The notes: a model not told the origin generated them from the sequence alone. 12,227 nucleotides of DNA from a bacterium (GCA_046757525.1 JBHHYI010000124.1:1-12227); one strand, 5' to 3'; positions 1-8,458 are shown, numbered from the stretch's first letter. A program made the numbers and translations.

Positions 1-2
1 AT

Positions 3-1358
3 TGGCGGGATCGGGTCATCGACATCGATGGCCAACCCGAAGAATGGCTGGGCGGTATGACCTTCGTTGAAAAGCAAGATGTGTCGGTTGGTTTCTTCAA
101 CGATGCGGATTATTTATATGTGAGTTTGACCAGCTCGAATCGCAGTATTCAAAGGCAGTTCATGATGATGGGTTTCACACTCTGGTTCGACCCCAAAGGT
201 GGCGAGGGTAAAGCGTTCGGGATCAAGTTTCCTGTGGGGATGATGGAGACGGGCATGATGCGCAGAGGCCGCGGTGAAGGTCGTGACCCCAGGTCCATGC
301 GCGAGAGTTTTGAAAAAGCTCTGGCAGATTTGGCAATCATCCTGCCCGGGGAAGAGCAGCCCCGACGGTTGCGGGTCAATGAGGTCAAGGGCATTGCTGT
401 GAAAATTGGTGATTCACGAGAAAACTTCGTGTACGAAATCAAAGTGCCCCTGCACCAGAGTGAAGATTTCCCCTACGCAATCAATGTTGAAGCGGGCAAG
501 GCGATCGGTGTGGGCTTTGAGACGGCAAAACTCGACGTGGAGGAATTGCGGCAAAGACGGGGCGGAGGAGGCTTTGGCGTGGGAAGAGGCAGTGCCCGCG
601 GAGGCTTCGGCGGCCGGCCGGGACGAGGGTCCGGGCGACGACGGGTGACCGAGCCGTTCAATCTGTGGGTCTCCGTAAAACTCAGCTCAGAAAATGAGCC
701 CGTTGCGGCTAAGATTGTGAATGAAAAAAGAGACACCGGGCGTCCGCCAGACCGGTTAAGGAGGCGGCACCGCGGCGGGGCTCGAATCGATGGCGCCCCG
801 GCCGTGGGTGAGCTGGCTCCCACCTTCAAGCTCCTCTCCCTCGATGGGAAAAGCGAGACCGACCTGGAGAGTTTCAGAGGCGAGCGACCCGTGGTGCTTT
901 TCTTCGGTAGCTACACCTGACCTCCCTTTCGCGCCCAGTTGGGCGAAATGGAAGAAATGTACCAGGAATACAAAGACATCGCTGAGTTCCGTATCGTTTA
1001 CATCCGTGAGGCGCATGCCATCGACAGCATACGGCCAACCGAATTTGCCCAGCACAAGGGTATCTTTGAAGCTAAGGATTTTGGCCAACGGTGCACAACC
1101 GCTGAGGTGATGATGAAAGAGACCGAGGTGTCCATTCCGTTCATCATCGACAACATGGACAACCAGGTGGCTTCGGCCTACCAGGCACTGCCCGACCGAA
1201 TCTTCGTGGTGCGCAAAGATGGACGGCTGGCAGTGGCCGCCGGACGAGGCCCAAGAGGGTTTGTGCCGGCACTCAAAGACACCCGGACATGGCTCGGCCA
1301 GTACCGGACAACAGGTGAAGAGCCTGAACTCTCCGCCAATTACGACACTTTTCAGTAA
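3..1358 (+). CDS. Selenocysteine-containing iodothyronine-deiodinase-like (thioredoxin/peroxiredoxin fold) protein fused to an N-terminal beta-rich domain; 5'-partial, TGA 918-920 read as Sec
   Basis: ORFs 57..920 and 939..1358 share one frame and are separated only by TGA at 918-920. Read-through gives RPVVLFFGSYT-U-PPFRAQLGEMEEMYQEYKDIAEFRIVYIREAHAID...IDNMDNQVASAYQALPDRIFVV, matching the deiodinase motifs FGSCT-U-PPF, YIxEAH and D-x-MDN...Y-x-A-x-P-[DE]-R. The frame is open from base 3 (WRDRVIDIDGQPEEWLGGM), so the true start probably lies upstream of the window. Confidence 0.9.
921..954 (+). promoter_or_regulatory. Putative bacterial SECIS element
   Basis: Immediately 3' of the in-frame TGA: TTTC(927-930), GC bulge, GCCC(933-936), loop AGTT(937-940), GGGC(941-944), GAAA(945-948). 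The small apical loop has a G at its second position (938), 18 nt after the UGA, as expected for bacterial SECIS elements. Confidence 0.7.
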
Positions 1359-1410
1359 GCAAAGCAAGCACAGGCAGGGTGTCCCAAACTTTCGTCAAAT
1401 GCTCCTCCCA

Positions 1411-1435
1411 CGTAACGCAAACGTCTCGTTTGCGT
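1411..1435. repeat. REP-like palindrome (GTAA head plus hairpin)
   Basis: CGTA-ACGCAAACG-TCT-CGTTTGCGT: perfect 9-bp stem (1415-1423/1427-1435). No U-tract follows. A partial copy (CGTGGCGCAAACGT, 12/14 identical) lies at 8662-8675. Confidence 0.5.
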
Positions 1436-1616
1436 CAGACTGATGCCTGATTTCCTTCAGATAAAACGACCCCAGTGGTCATCGGTTGCTTTTAAGAGAC
1501 GCTCCTCTGGCTTCTTATCGTTTCCCACATCTTTTGCTGGATACCGCACACATAACCAACCTATCTATTGTGGTCAGATTCTGCTTATGACTTCAAAAAC
1601 TGAAGACTCGGTGAAT

Positions 1617-1672
1617 TCTCCCTTATGAAGGGAAACAGATTTTCGCTGGTGCAGAGCGAAAATCAGAGGGAT
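1617..1672. repeat. Double-hairpin palindromic intergenic element
   Basis: TCCCTT-ATG-AAGGGA (1619-1633), then GATTTTCGCT-GGTGCAG-AGCGAAAATC (perfect 10-bp stem, 1638-1664), then AGAGGGAT. Confidence 0.5.
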
Positions 1673-1826
1673 GTCTGGCCGGACGAACTGTGACCTGGTT
1701 TTTCGTGACGCCTCCCAACATTCCCTGGTTTTTTTCGCTGGACGCGCCTCAGAAACTGGGGACTGTCCAGGAATTCGCAACGGTGCTGTCATTTTCATGG
1801 CCTTTCTTTTTCTACAATAGTTTTAG

Positions 1827-1854
1827 TTGACAAAAAGCTGAAACAGTTTATATT
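1827..1854 (+). promoter_or_regulatory. Putative sigma70 promoter for the kinase gene
   Basis: TTGACA (1827-1832), 16 nt, TATATT (1849-1854) in an AT-rich context about 170 nt upstream of the kinase ATG. Confidence 0.5.
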
Positions 1855-2025
1855 AGAATCGACAGGCTATGCTAAAATTAGACGCGGCACCAAGATAACA
1901 AATTAGTGTCGTTTTTCGCTTACTCCTTTAAGTTTTAGTTAGCCACATCAGACTGCAAGATTGCATCTTAATCAAATTCAATCTTGAATCGAAGATGATG
2001 AGTCTTCACGAAAGGAGACAACCTC

Positions 2026-4131
2026 ATGATTGACCAAACGTTCGCCCATTACAAAATCCTCAGAAAACTCGGTGAAGGCGGCATGGGTGTCGTCTACCTG
2101 GCTGAGGACACCAAACTCAAACGTGAGGTTGCCATCAAGTTTCTGCCAAAGGAAGTGGCGGTTCAGGCTGAGGAGCGCGAGCGCTTCAAAATCGAAGCGC
2201 AAGCAGCCGCAGCGCTCAATCACCCAAACATCTCCACGATTCATGCGATTGAGGCAGTCGATGATCAGGTGTTCATAGTCATGGAATACATCGATGGCCA
2301 GGAATTGAAAGAGAAAATCGATGCTGGCCCGCTGTCTGTTGAAGAGGTATTGAATATTGCTGAGCAAATCGCAAATGGATTGCAGGCAGCCCACAAAAAA
2401 GGCATTATCCACCGCGACATTAAAAGCACGAATATCATGCTGACAGAAAACGGGCAAGTCAAGGTCATGGATTTCGGTCTTGCTAAACTTAGAGGAAGTG
2501 CGCAGGTGACAAGGGTGGGTACGACCCTTGGGACAGCCGCCTACATGTCCCCTGAACAGGCCCGCGGGGAAAAAGTAAACCACCGGGCTGATATTTGGTC
2601 GCTGGGCGTGGTCCTGTATGAAATGCTCACAGGTCAATTGCCCTTCAGAGGTGATTACGAACAGGCGGTCATCTACCGCATCATGAATGAAGAACCAGAG
2701 CCACTCGCAGATGTGCCGGTGGAGTTGGAGCAGGTGGTGCTGAAGTTACTCGCAAAGGATCCTGGGCAAAGATATCAAAAGGTGGATGAGTTCTTGAGGA
2801 GCTTGAAGAACGTTCGCTCCGCAATGGCGCGTGCGGAACCTGTGGAGAAAGAGAAAGCGATTGCCGTCCTGCCGTTCGAAAACATCAGTCCGGACAAGGA
2901 GACGGATTATTTTGCAGACGGCCTTGCAGAAGAGCTGATTGTAAACTTGTCGGGACTGAAGGATATCAGGGTTGTCCCTCGCACAACTTCGATGCACTAT
3001 AAAGGCTCACAAAAAGAAGTGAAGAGGATCGGGCGCGAACTCGGTGCACGCTACATCATAACAGGCAGCGTGAGAAAGCATTTGGAGAACGTGCGCATTT
3101 CCGTACAACTTATTGACGTCGCCAGCCATACTCAGCTCTGGGCTGAGACCTACAAGGGAAAACTCGCCGATGTTTTTGATATCCAGGAACAGGTGTCGAA
3201 ACAGATCGTAGATGCCCTCATGCTGAAGCTGACACCGACGGAGAAAGTGGTGCTGGAGAAACGTGCAACATTGAATCCTCAAGCATTTGATTGTTATCTG
3301 CGGGCAAGAGATTTTCTTTCTCGCCGGACAAAAAACAGTGTGCAATTTGCCATCCAGCTTTTCGAGAAGGCCATCGAGCTTGATCCTCGCTATGCCGCCG
3401 CCTATGCCGGCCTGGGGGAAGCCTACGGCACCATCTACCGAGATTTGGAACGGGAAGAAAGTTGGCTTGACAGAGCGCTCGAGGTCAGTTTAAAAGCCAT
3501 CATGTACGACGCCACCCTGTCTGAGGCTTATGCTTCTCTGGGCCTGGCTTACTTCGGCAAGAACGCCCTTGATGAGGCCCTTGAGGCGAGTCAGAAAGCT
3601 ATTGCCTTGGACCCCAACAATTTTAATGCTTTTTGGATACTTGCGCGAATCTATCATACTACCGACCGAGACAGAGATGCGGTTGATGCGCTGGAAAAGG
3701 TTGCGGCGCTCAATCCCGAATTCCTTCCCGCCTATGACGACCTGATGATGTTTTACGAACGATTGGGTGAGAAGGAAAAATATGGTAAAGTATTAGGGGC
3801 CGCACTTAAAGTCTATCCTCGATATTTGTCGCAACATCCCGATGACGCCTACAGACGCATGGCATTTGCGGTCAGCTTAACCCATGCAGGAAGAAATGAA
3901 GAGGCTAAGGGAGAGGGAGAGAAGGCGCTTGAGCTGAGCCCCCGCGATCCCATCATGATGTATTACGGAGCATGTTTGTATGCTCGTTTAGGAAAGGGAC
4001 ATCAGGCGGTGGAGATGCTCAAAAACGCCGTAGTCAATGGGTATGAGAATTACGAATGGATAAAACGCGATCCCGATTTTGAGAGCATTCGCGAGGAGCC
4101 AGGATACATCGAGTTGATGAAGGGGAAGTAA
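2026..4131 (+). CDS. Hanks-type Ser/Thr protein kinase with TolB-like (IAVLPF) domain and TPR repeats
   Basis: LGEGGMGVVY, VAIK, HRDIKSTN, DFGLAK, GTAAYMSPEQ, DIWSLG; then IAVLPFENIS..DYFADGLAEELI, several TPRs and C-terminal WIKRDPDFESIR. RBS AAGGAG at 2012-2017. Confidence 0.95.
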   Translation: MIDQTFAHYKILRKLGEGGMGVVYLAEDTKLKREVAIKFLPKEVAVQAEERERFKIEAQAAAALNHPNISTIHAIEAVDDQVFIVMEYIDGQELKEKIDAGPLSVEEVLNIAEQIANGLQAAHKKGIIHRDIKSTNIMLTENGQVKVMDFGLAKLRGSAQVTRVGTTLGTAAYMSPEQARGEKVNHRADIWSLGVVLYEMLTGQLPFRGDYEQAVIYRIMNEEPEPLADVPVELEQVVLKLLAKDPGQRYQKVDEFLRSLKNVRSAMARAEPVEKEKAIAVLPFENISPDKETDYFADGLAEELIVNLSGLKDIRVVPRTTSMHYKGSQKEVKRIGRELGARYIITGSVRKHLENVRISVQLIDVASHTQLWAETYKGKLADVFDIQEQVSKQIVDALMLKLTPTEKVVLEKRATLNPQAFDCYLRARDFLSRRTKNSVQFAIQLFEKAIELDPRYAAAYAGLGEAYGTIYRDLEREESWLDRALEVSLKAIMYDATLSEAYASLGLAYFGKNALDEALEASQKAIALDPNNFNAFWILARIYHTTDRDRDAVDALEKVAALNPEFLPAYDDLMMFYERLGEKEKYGKVLGAALKVYPRYLSQHPDDAYRRMAFAVSLTHAGRNEEAKGEGEKALELSPRDPIMMYYGACLYARLGKGHQAVEMLKNAVVNGYENYEWIKRDPDFESIREEPGYIELMKGK

Positions 4132-4305
4132 GAGAGAGCACAAGTGTTTTCTTGTCGACAAGGGATTGGTTGCTTGGTGCCTTGCCCCCGCTGGTAATCC
4201 CGTGAGCAAAAAATGAGTTCGGGCTTCTATCCCGCAGCGGACTCGTTTTGCACACTGTTCGACTGGATTTCCAGCTCTTAATTCAAACAAAAACGGGTTT
4301 TTCTG

Positions 4306-6087
4306 ATGAGAAAATGCATCTCAATGTACTGTCGAAAGATTGCTGTCGCCGTCATCATCATCGTCACGATTTTCCGCTGGCAATTTCTGTATGCCCAAGC
4401 CGTCACCCTTAAGATCATCGAAACCAGCGACGTGCACGGTGCCATATTCCCGTATGATTTCAAAAACGACCGGCTGGCGGCTACTTCTCTGGCGCAGGTG
4501 CAAACCTATGTGAAGCAGCAGAGAGCGGCGAAAGACCAGGAGGTCGTGTTGTTGGACGCTGGCGATATTTTGCAAGGCCAGCCAGTGGTCTACTACTACA
4601 ATTTCGAGAAGACCGGCGTGCCCCACCTGGTGGCTGAGGTCATGAACCACATGGGCTACGACGCTGCCGCGGTGGGCAACCACGACATCGAAGCCGGACA
4701 TTCCGTCTACGATAGGTTTGTCAGGACGTTGCAGTTTCCCTGGCTTGCGGCCAATGCGGTGAGCACCACAACCGGCAAACCGTACTTCAAGCCTTACGCA
4801 ATCATCCAAAGAAACGGGGTGAAGATTGCGGTTCTTGGGATGGTCACGCCCGCCATTCCCAACTGGTTACCAGAACAAATCTGGCAGGGCATGGAATTCG
4901 AGGACATGGTCGAAACGGCCAGGAAATGGGTGCCCATTATTCGCCAAAAAGAAAAACCGGATTTGCTCTTAGGGCTGTTCCACTCCGGTGTGGACTACAC
5001 CTCGGGACATGAGACGGCGGAAACCCCTAAAAACGAAAACGCCTCGCGCCTGGTGGCCGAGCAGGTGCCAGGATTTGACGTCGTGTTCGTCGGTCACGAC
5101 CACCACGGGTGGAACCTGTTTGTCACCAACAGCGAGCAAAAGCGGGTGCTCATCGTCGGACCGCGCAACGCTGCGATCAACGTGGCGGTAGCCACGGTTC
5201 GCTTGACTTACGACGGGCAAGAAAAGCGGTGGCAGAAACAAATTGCAGGCGAACTGGTCGATATGCGGGACTTTGCAGCAGACCGGGCTTTCTTGGAGAA
5301 ATTCAGACCTGAGTTTGAAGAAGTGAAAGCTTACGTCGCCAGGCCCATCGGAACCTTCACGAGAACCATTTCCACGCGGGAGTCCATGTTCGGCAACTCT
5401 GCTTTTGTCGACCTGATTCACAAAATCCAACTCGACTTGACCGGTGCGGACATTTCATTCGTGGCGCCGCTTTCTTTTGACGCTACGATTAGAAAGGGCG
5501 AGGTGTACGTGCGCGACATGTTCAAGCTGTACAAATACGAAAATCTTTTATACACCATGGAATTGACCGGCCAGGAAATCAAGGATTACCTCGAGTATTC
5601 CTACGGACTCTGGTTCAACCAGATGAAGGGCGCCGCCGACCACCTCCTGAATTTTCGCCACGACCAGGATTCAGGCAATCATCCCTACCGGTTGCAAGCA
5701 GCCAGCTACAATTTTGACTCGGCTGCCGGCATCGTCTACACGGTCGACGTTTCCAAACCGGCAGGGCAGAGGGTTGCCATTGAATCGATGGCGGACGGAA
5801 CCCCCTTTGTATGGAATAAGAAGTACAAAGTGGCCATCAATTCCTATCGCGGCAATGGCGGTGGCGGACATCTTACTATTGGGGCGAAAATTCCAAAGCA
5901 GGAATTGTCGCGCAGAATCGTCGCTTCTACTGAGAAAGATTTGCGTTTTTTCCTGATGAAATGGATCGAACGAGAAAAAGTCGTCACCCCAAAGGCCTTT
6001 GGTAACTGGCGCATCATTCCGCAGAAGTGGTGGGAGAAAGGCAAGGAAAAGGATTTTGCACTGTTGTACAGGAGGGAAAAATCATGA
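4306..6087 (+). CDS. Secreted bifunctional 2',3'-cyclic-nucleotide 2'-phosphodiesterase / 5'-nucleotidase family metallophosphoesterase (CpdB/UshA-like)
   Basis: N-terminal signal-like segment; metallophosphoesterase motifs ETSDVHG, LLDAGD, GNHD, HSG, GHDH; C-terminal 5'-nucleotidase domain (LYKYEN, YNFDSAAG, NSYRGNGGG). The start could be 4306 or 4324. Confidence 0.92.
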   Translation: MRKCISMYCRKIAVAVIIIVTIFRWQFLYAQAVTLKIIETSDVHGAIFPYDFKNDRLAATSLAQVQTYVKQQRAAKDQEVVLLDAGDILQGQPVVYYYNFEKTGVPHLVAEVMNHMGYDAAAVGNHDIEAGHSVYDRFVRTLQFPWLAANAVSTTTGKPYFKPYAIIQRNGVKIAVLGMVTPAIPNWLPEQIWQGMEFEDMVETARKWVPIIRQKEKPDLLLGLFHSGVDYTSGHETAETPKNENASRLVAEQVPGFDVVFVGHDHHGWNLFVTNSEQKRVLIVGPRNAAINVAVATVRLTYDGQEKRWQKQIAGELVDMRDFAADRAFLEKFRPEFEEVKAYVARPIGTFTRTISTRESMFGNSAFVDLIHKIQLDLTGADISFVAPLSFDATIRKGEVYVRDMFKLYKYENLLYTMELTGQEIKDYLEYSYGLWFNQMKGAADHLLNFRHDQDSGNHPYRLQAASYNFDSAAGIVYTVDVSKPAGQRVAIESMADGTPFVWNKKYKVAINSYRGNGGGGHLTIGAKIPKQELSRRIVASTEKDLRFFLMKWIEREKVVTPKAFGNWRIIPQKWWEKGKEKDFALLYRREKS

Positions 6088-7331
6088 AAAAGCTGATGGG
6101 CCTTATCATTTCATTCGTTCTATTTTTGAATCTTCAAGCCTGCTCACAAAATGCAACCACGCCTATCAAACCACTGTTTAGAATCCGCACCATTACGGCC
6201 GGGGTGAATCTAAGCAGTGCATCAGATTTGGGGACGATCAAATCTGCTGTGGCCTTCTTGCAACGGGCGAAAACGAAGTTTGAAGCAGCCGGTTATGAAG
6301 TGCAAACTCTGCGCATTGCAACTCAGCCGCTACCTGAGTACCTGGGCGGCCAAACGCGCGAGGAGGCTTTGGTCGGTCTCAAGAAGCTGGATCGCCTGGT
6401 TTCCGAAAAGAATGTCTTGCTTGCCATTGGACCGATCATTACGGACGATCGGTACGATCGGCAGGCAGCCGCCTGGGCCGGGCGGCTGGTCAAAGAGACG
6501 GCCAAGGTCAACTTCAGCATCACGGTTGCTTCACCCCAACGGGGCATTCATTATCAATCGAGTCACACCGCAGCGGAAGTGATCCGGGAGTTGTCCAGAC
6601 AGACTCCGGGCGGGGTAGGCAACTTTCGTTTCACGGCGGCGGCCAATTGTCCGGCCAACATCCCCTTCTTTCCGGCGGCCTATCACCAGGGCCCGGAGAA
6701 TTTCGCCATTGGCCTGGAATCTCCGCCCCTGTTGCAGGCGGCTTTCAAAAACGCTGCCGGCATGGAGGATGCCAAAGTCAAACTCAAGGCACTCATGCAA
6801 TCCAAGCTGGCGGCTGTGGAAAAGCTGGCCCTGGAGATTGCCGACGCTGAGCAACGCGAATACACGGGCATCGACGTTTCTCCGGCCCCCGGCCTGGACG
6901 CCAGCATTGGAGAAGCCATCGAAACGTTGACCCAGGTGCCGTTCGGCAGCGTTTCCACGCTGGCCGCCTGTGCCGCAATTACCGACGTCCTGAAAGGTCT
7001 GGACGTCAAAGAATGCGGCTACTCGGGTCTCATGCTGCCTGTATTGGAGGATCCAATTCTGGCGACGCGGGCGGCTGAAGGCAGGTACAAGGTGTCCGAT
7101 CTCCTGCTCTATTCCAGCGTTTGTGGTGCTGGCCTGGACGTGATCCCCCTGCCAGGCGACGTCTCTTTGCGCAAGTTAAAGGTGCTCATTCTGGACACTG
7201 CTGCGCTGTCTGTCAAACATCACAAACCGCTCTCGGCCCGGTTGTTTCCAATTCCGGGCAAAAAGGTGGGGGATCTTGTTGAGTTCGACAACCCATTCTT
7301 AACCAGTTCAAGGGTGATGGGAATCGAGTGA
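6084..7331 (+). CDS. DUF711-family protein with predicted lipoprotein signal peptide
   Basis: ATG at 6084 overlaps the upstream stop (ATGA) and follows RBS GGAGG. Motifs RIRTIT, GYEVQTLRIATQP, NFRFTAAAN..PFFPAAYH, GIDVSPAP, GYSGLMLPVLED, YSSVCGAGLDVIPLPG and KPLSARLFPIPGK match DUF711. N-terminus MKKLMGLIISFVLFLNLQA-C. Confidence 0.85.
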   Translation: MKKLMGLIISFVLFLNLQACSQNATTPIKPLFRIRTITAGVNLSSASDLGTIKSAVAFLQRAKTKFEAAGYEVQTLRIATQPLPEYLGGQTREEALVGLKKLDRLVSEKNVLLAIGPIITDDRYDRQAAAWAGRLVKETAKVNFSITVASPQRGIHYQSSHTAAEVIRELSRQTPGGVGNFRFTAAANCPANIPFFPAAYHQGPENFAIGLESPPLLQAAFKNAAGMEDAKVKLKALMQSKLAAVEKLALEIADAEQREYTGIDVSPAPGLDASIGEAIETLTQVPFGSVSTLAACAAITDVLKGLDVKECGYSGLMLPVLEDPILATRAAEGRYKVSDLLLYSSVCGAGLDVIPLPGDVSLRKLKVLILDTAALSVKHHKPLSARLFPIPGKKVGDLVEFDNPFLTSSRVMGIE

Positions 7332-7393
7332 GGGGCAGGTCGTTAGCTTCAGCGAACTGTTTGGGTATGGGGAATACGTTTTCTTAGGCGTCA

Positions 7394-7427
7394 GTCCGGC
7401 CCCTGACGGATCCGTCAGGGGCCGGAC
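7394..7427. repeat. Perfect 34-bp spacerless palindrome
   Basis: GTCCGGCCCCTGACGGA|TCCGTCAGGGGCCGGAC; the two 17-mers are exact reverse complements. Confidence 0.9.
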
Positions 7428-7497
7428 CGTTGACCGGAGCTGGGCAACCCAAGTGGTTGACACTTTCCTTGTTCCAGGGGAGAATTGGCTGTGGCGT

Positions 7498-7630
7498 GAG
7501 GCTGTCCAAAAAGGGCCATTTTTGTGTCATTCCCGCGGAAGCGGGAATCTATAACCTGTTGATTTTTATGGATTCCTGCTTTCGCAGGAATGACAACCCT
7601 GGGGGCCTTCTTGACTCTTTGGACAGCCCC
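7498..7630. mobile_element. MITE-like element with terminal inverted repeats enclosing an inverted pair of ATTCC-N8-GGAAT palindromes
   Basis: The left end GAGGCTGTCCAAAAAG matches the reverse complement of the right end, GGGGCTGTCCAAAGAG (14/16). Inside, TGTCATTCCCGCGGAAGCGGGAATCTA (7525-7551) and TGGATTCCTGCTTTCGCAGGAATGACA (7569-7595) are inverted copies resembling dRS3/RPE-type palindromic repeats. No transposase is present. Confidence 0.7.
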
Positions 7631-7648
7631 CTTCGAACCGTTCAAAGA

Positions 7649-7672
7649 CTGAAGCCAGGCTTCAGCACTCCA
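7649..7672 (-). repeat. REP-like hairpin with GGAG head on the minus strand
   Basis: CTGAAGCC-A-GGCTTCAG (7649-7665) followed by CACTCCA; the minus strand reads TGGAGTG-CTGAAGCCTGGCTTCAG. Confidence 0.45.
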
Positions 7673-7744
7673 GGGTGGCGTTTTGTTGGTCAAAATTGGA
7701 GCAGAAACTTTTGACACTACCAAAACTTACTTGAGGAACAGAAA

Positions 7745-8422
7745 ATGAAATCGCTGGTTGCTGTTGCATGTTTGTTCTTAATGGGTGTTTCAAATACCAT
7801 TGGACAGGCAATAAGCCCTTCCATTCCCAAAAAAGTCAAGGAAGATGAGAGATACTTATTTTATCTTCACGGGGGCATCATCCAGTCTCAGGGCATAAAT
7901 GCGGTCAGTCCCTACTGGGGTCGGTATGAATACACCAGCATATTGGATACTTTGAGAAGTTACGGTTATCATGTTATCAGTGATGCAAGACCCAAAGACA
8001 CGGACTTGTTACAATATGCAGCTAAGGTGTCAAAGGAAATCGGCACGTTGCTAAAATCTGGGGTGACTCCTGAGAATATAATTGTTGTCGGTGCGTCCAT
8101 GGGAGCAGGTATAACGATCGACATTTCAATCAGGGTGAAAAACAGTAAGATTAAATACGCTGTTTTGGGAATATGTAGAGAGGCAAGCTGGAAGTCCTAT
8201 TTAGAGCATTATTCTGATAATGAAATTGAACTATGTGGAGACTTCCTTTCAATTTATGAGACGTCTGATTCATACGGATCGTGTGAAAGCTACTTTAAGG
8301 ATCGGCATTGCATATCGGGTTTCAAAGAAATAAAGCTAAATATGAACAATGGACATGGCTTTCTTTATAAGCCTTACAAGGAATGGGTCCACCCGCTTGT
8401 TAAATGGATAAATGGCGGGTAA
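7745..8422 (+). CDS. Secreted alpha/beta-hydrolase fold protein
   Basis: Signal peptide, YLFYLHG oxyanion region, nucleophile elbow GASMG, Asp in YETSD and His in GHGFLY. RBS GAGGA. Lower GC than its neighbours (22/60 G+C at 8161-8220 versus 41/60 at 6841-6900). Confidence 0.85.
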   Translation: MKSLVAVACLFLMGVSNTIGQAISPSIPKKVKEDERYLFYLHGGIIQSQGINAVSPYWGRYEYTSILDTLRSYGYHVISDARPKDTDLLQYAAKVSKEIGTLLKSGVTPENIIVVGASMGAGITIDISIRVKNSKIKYAVLGICREASWKSYLEHYSDNEIELCGDFLSIYETSDSYGSCESYFKDRHCISGFKEIKLNMNNGHGFLYKPYKEWVHPLVKWINGG

Positions 8423-8458
8423 TATCTTACAGGATTCGCTTATTTTGTAAGGAAATGA

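Noticed and set aside
57..1358. Two separate genes (57..920 and 939..1358) or a nonsense pseudogene
   Set aside because: The stop is TGA at the catalytic Sec position, the frame is continuous and a SECIS-like hairpin follows; the 939 TTG has no RBS.
756..1367. 203-aa minus-strand ORF, and the other antisense or alternate-frame ORFs inside long genes
   Set aside because: They overlap well-supported + strand genes and have no recognisable motifs.
1609..1700. Cobalamin riboswitch-like words (GGTG...AAGGGAA...GGTGCA); also GCCCCCGC near 4183
   Set aside because: No B12 box or correctly placed CCCGCAACTGT; the region is better explained as a palindromic repeat.
1978..2637. 219-aa minus-strand ORF
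   Set aside because: Antisense shadow of the conserved kinase domain, with no independent motifs.
2026..4131. Kinase-TolB-like-TPR fusion as a novel system
   Set aside because: This architecture is common in several environmental bacterial lineages, and nothing links it to its neighbours here.
7415..7723. ORFs 7415..7723(-) and 7430..7714(+)
   Set aside because: They are translations of palindromic repeats (VIPAKAGIH, DSRFRGND) rather than genes.
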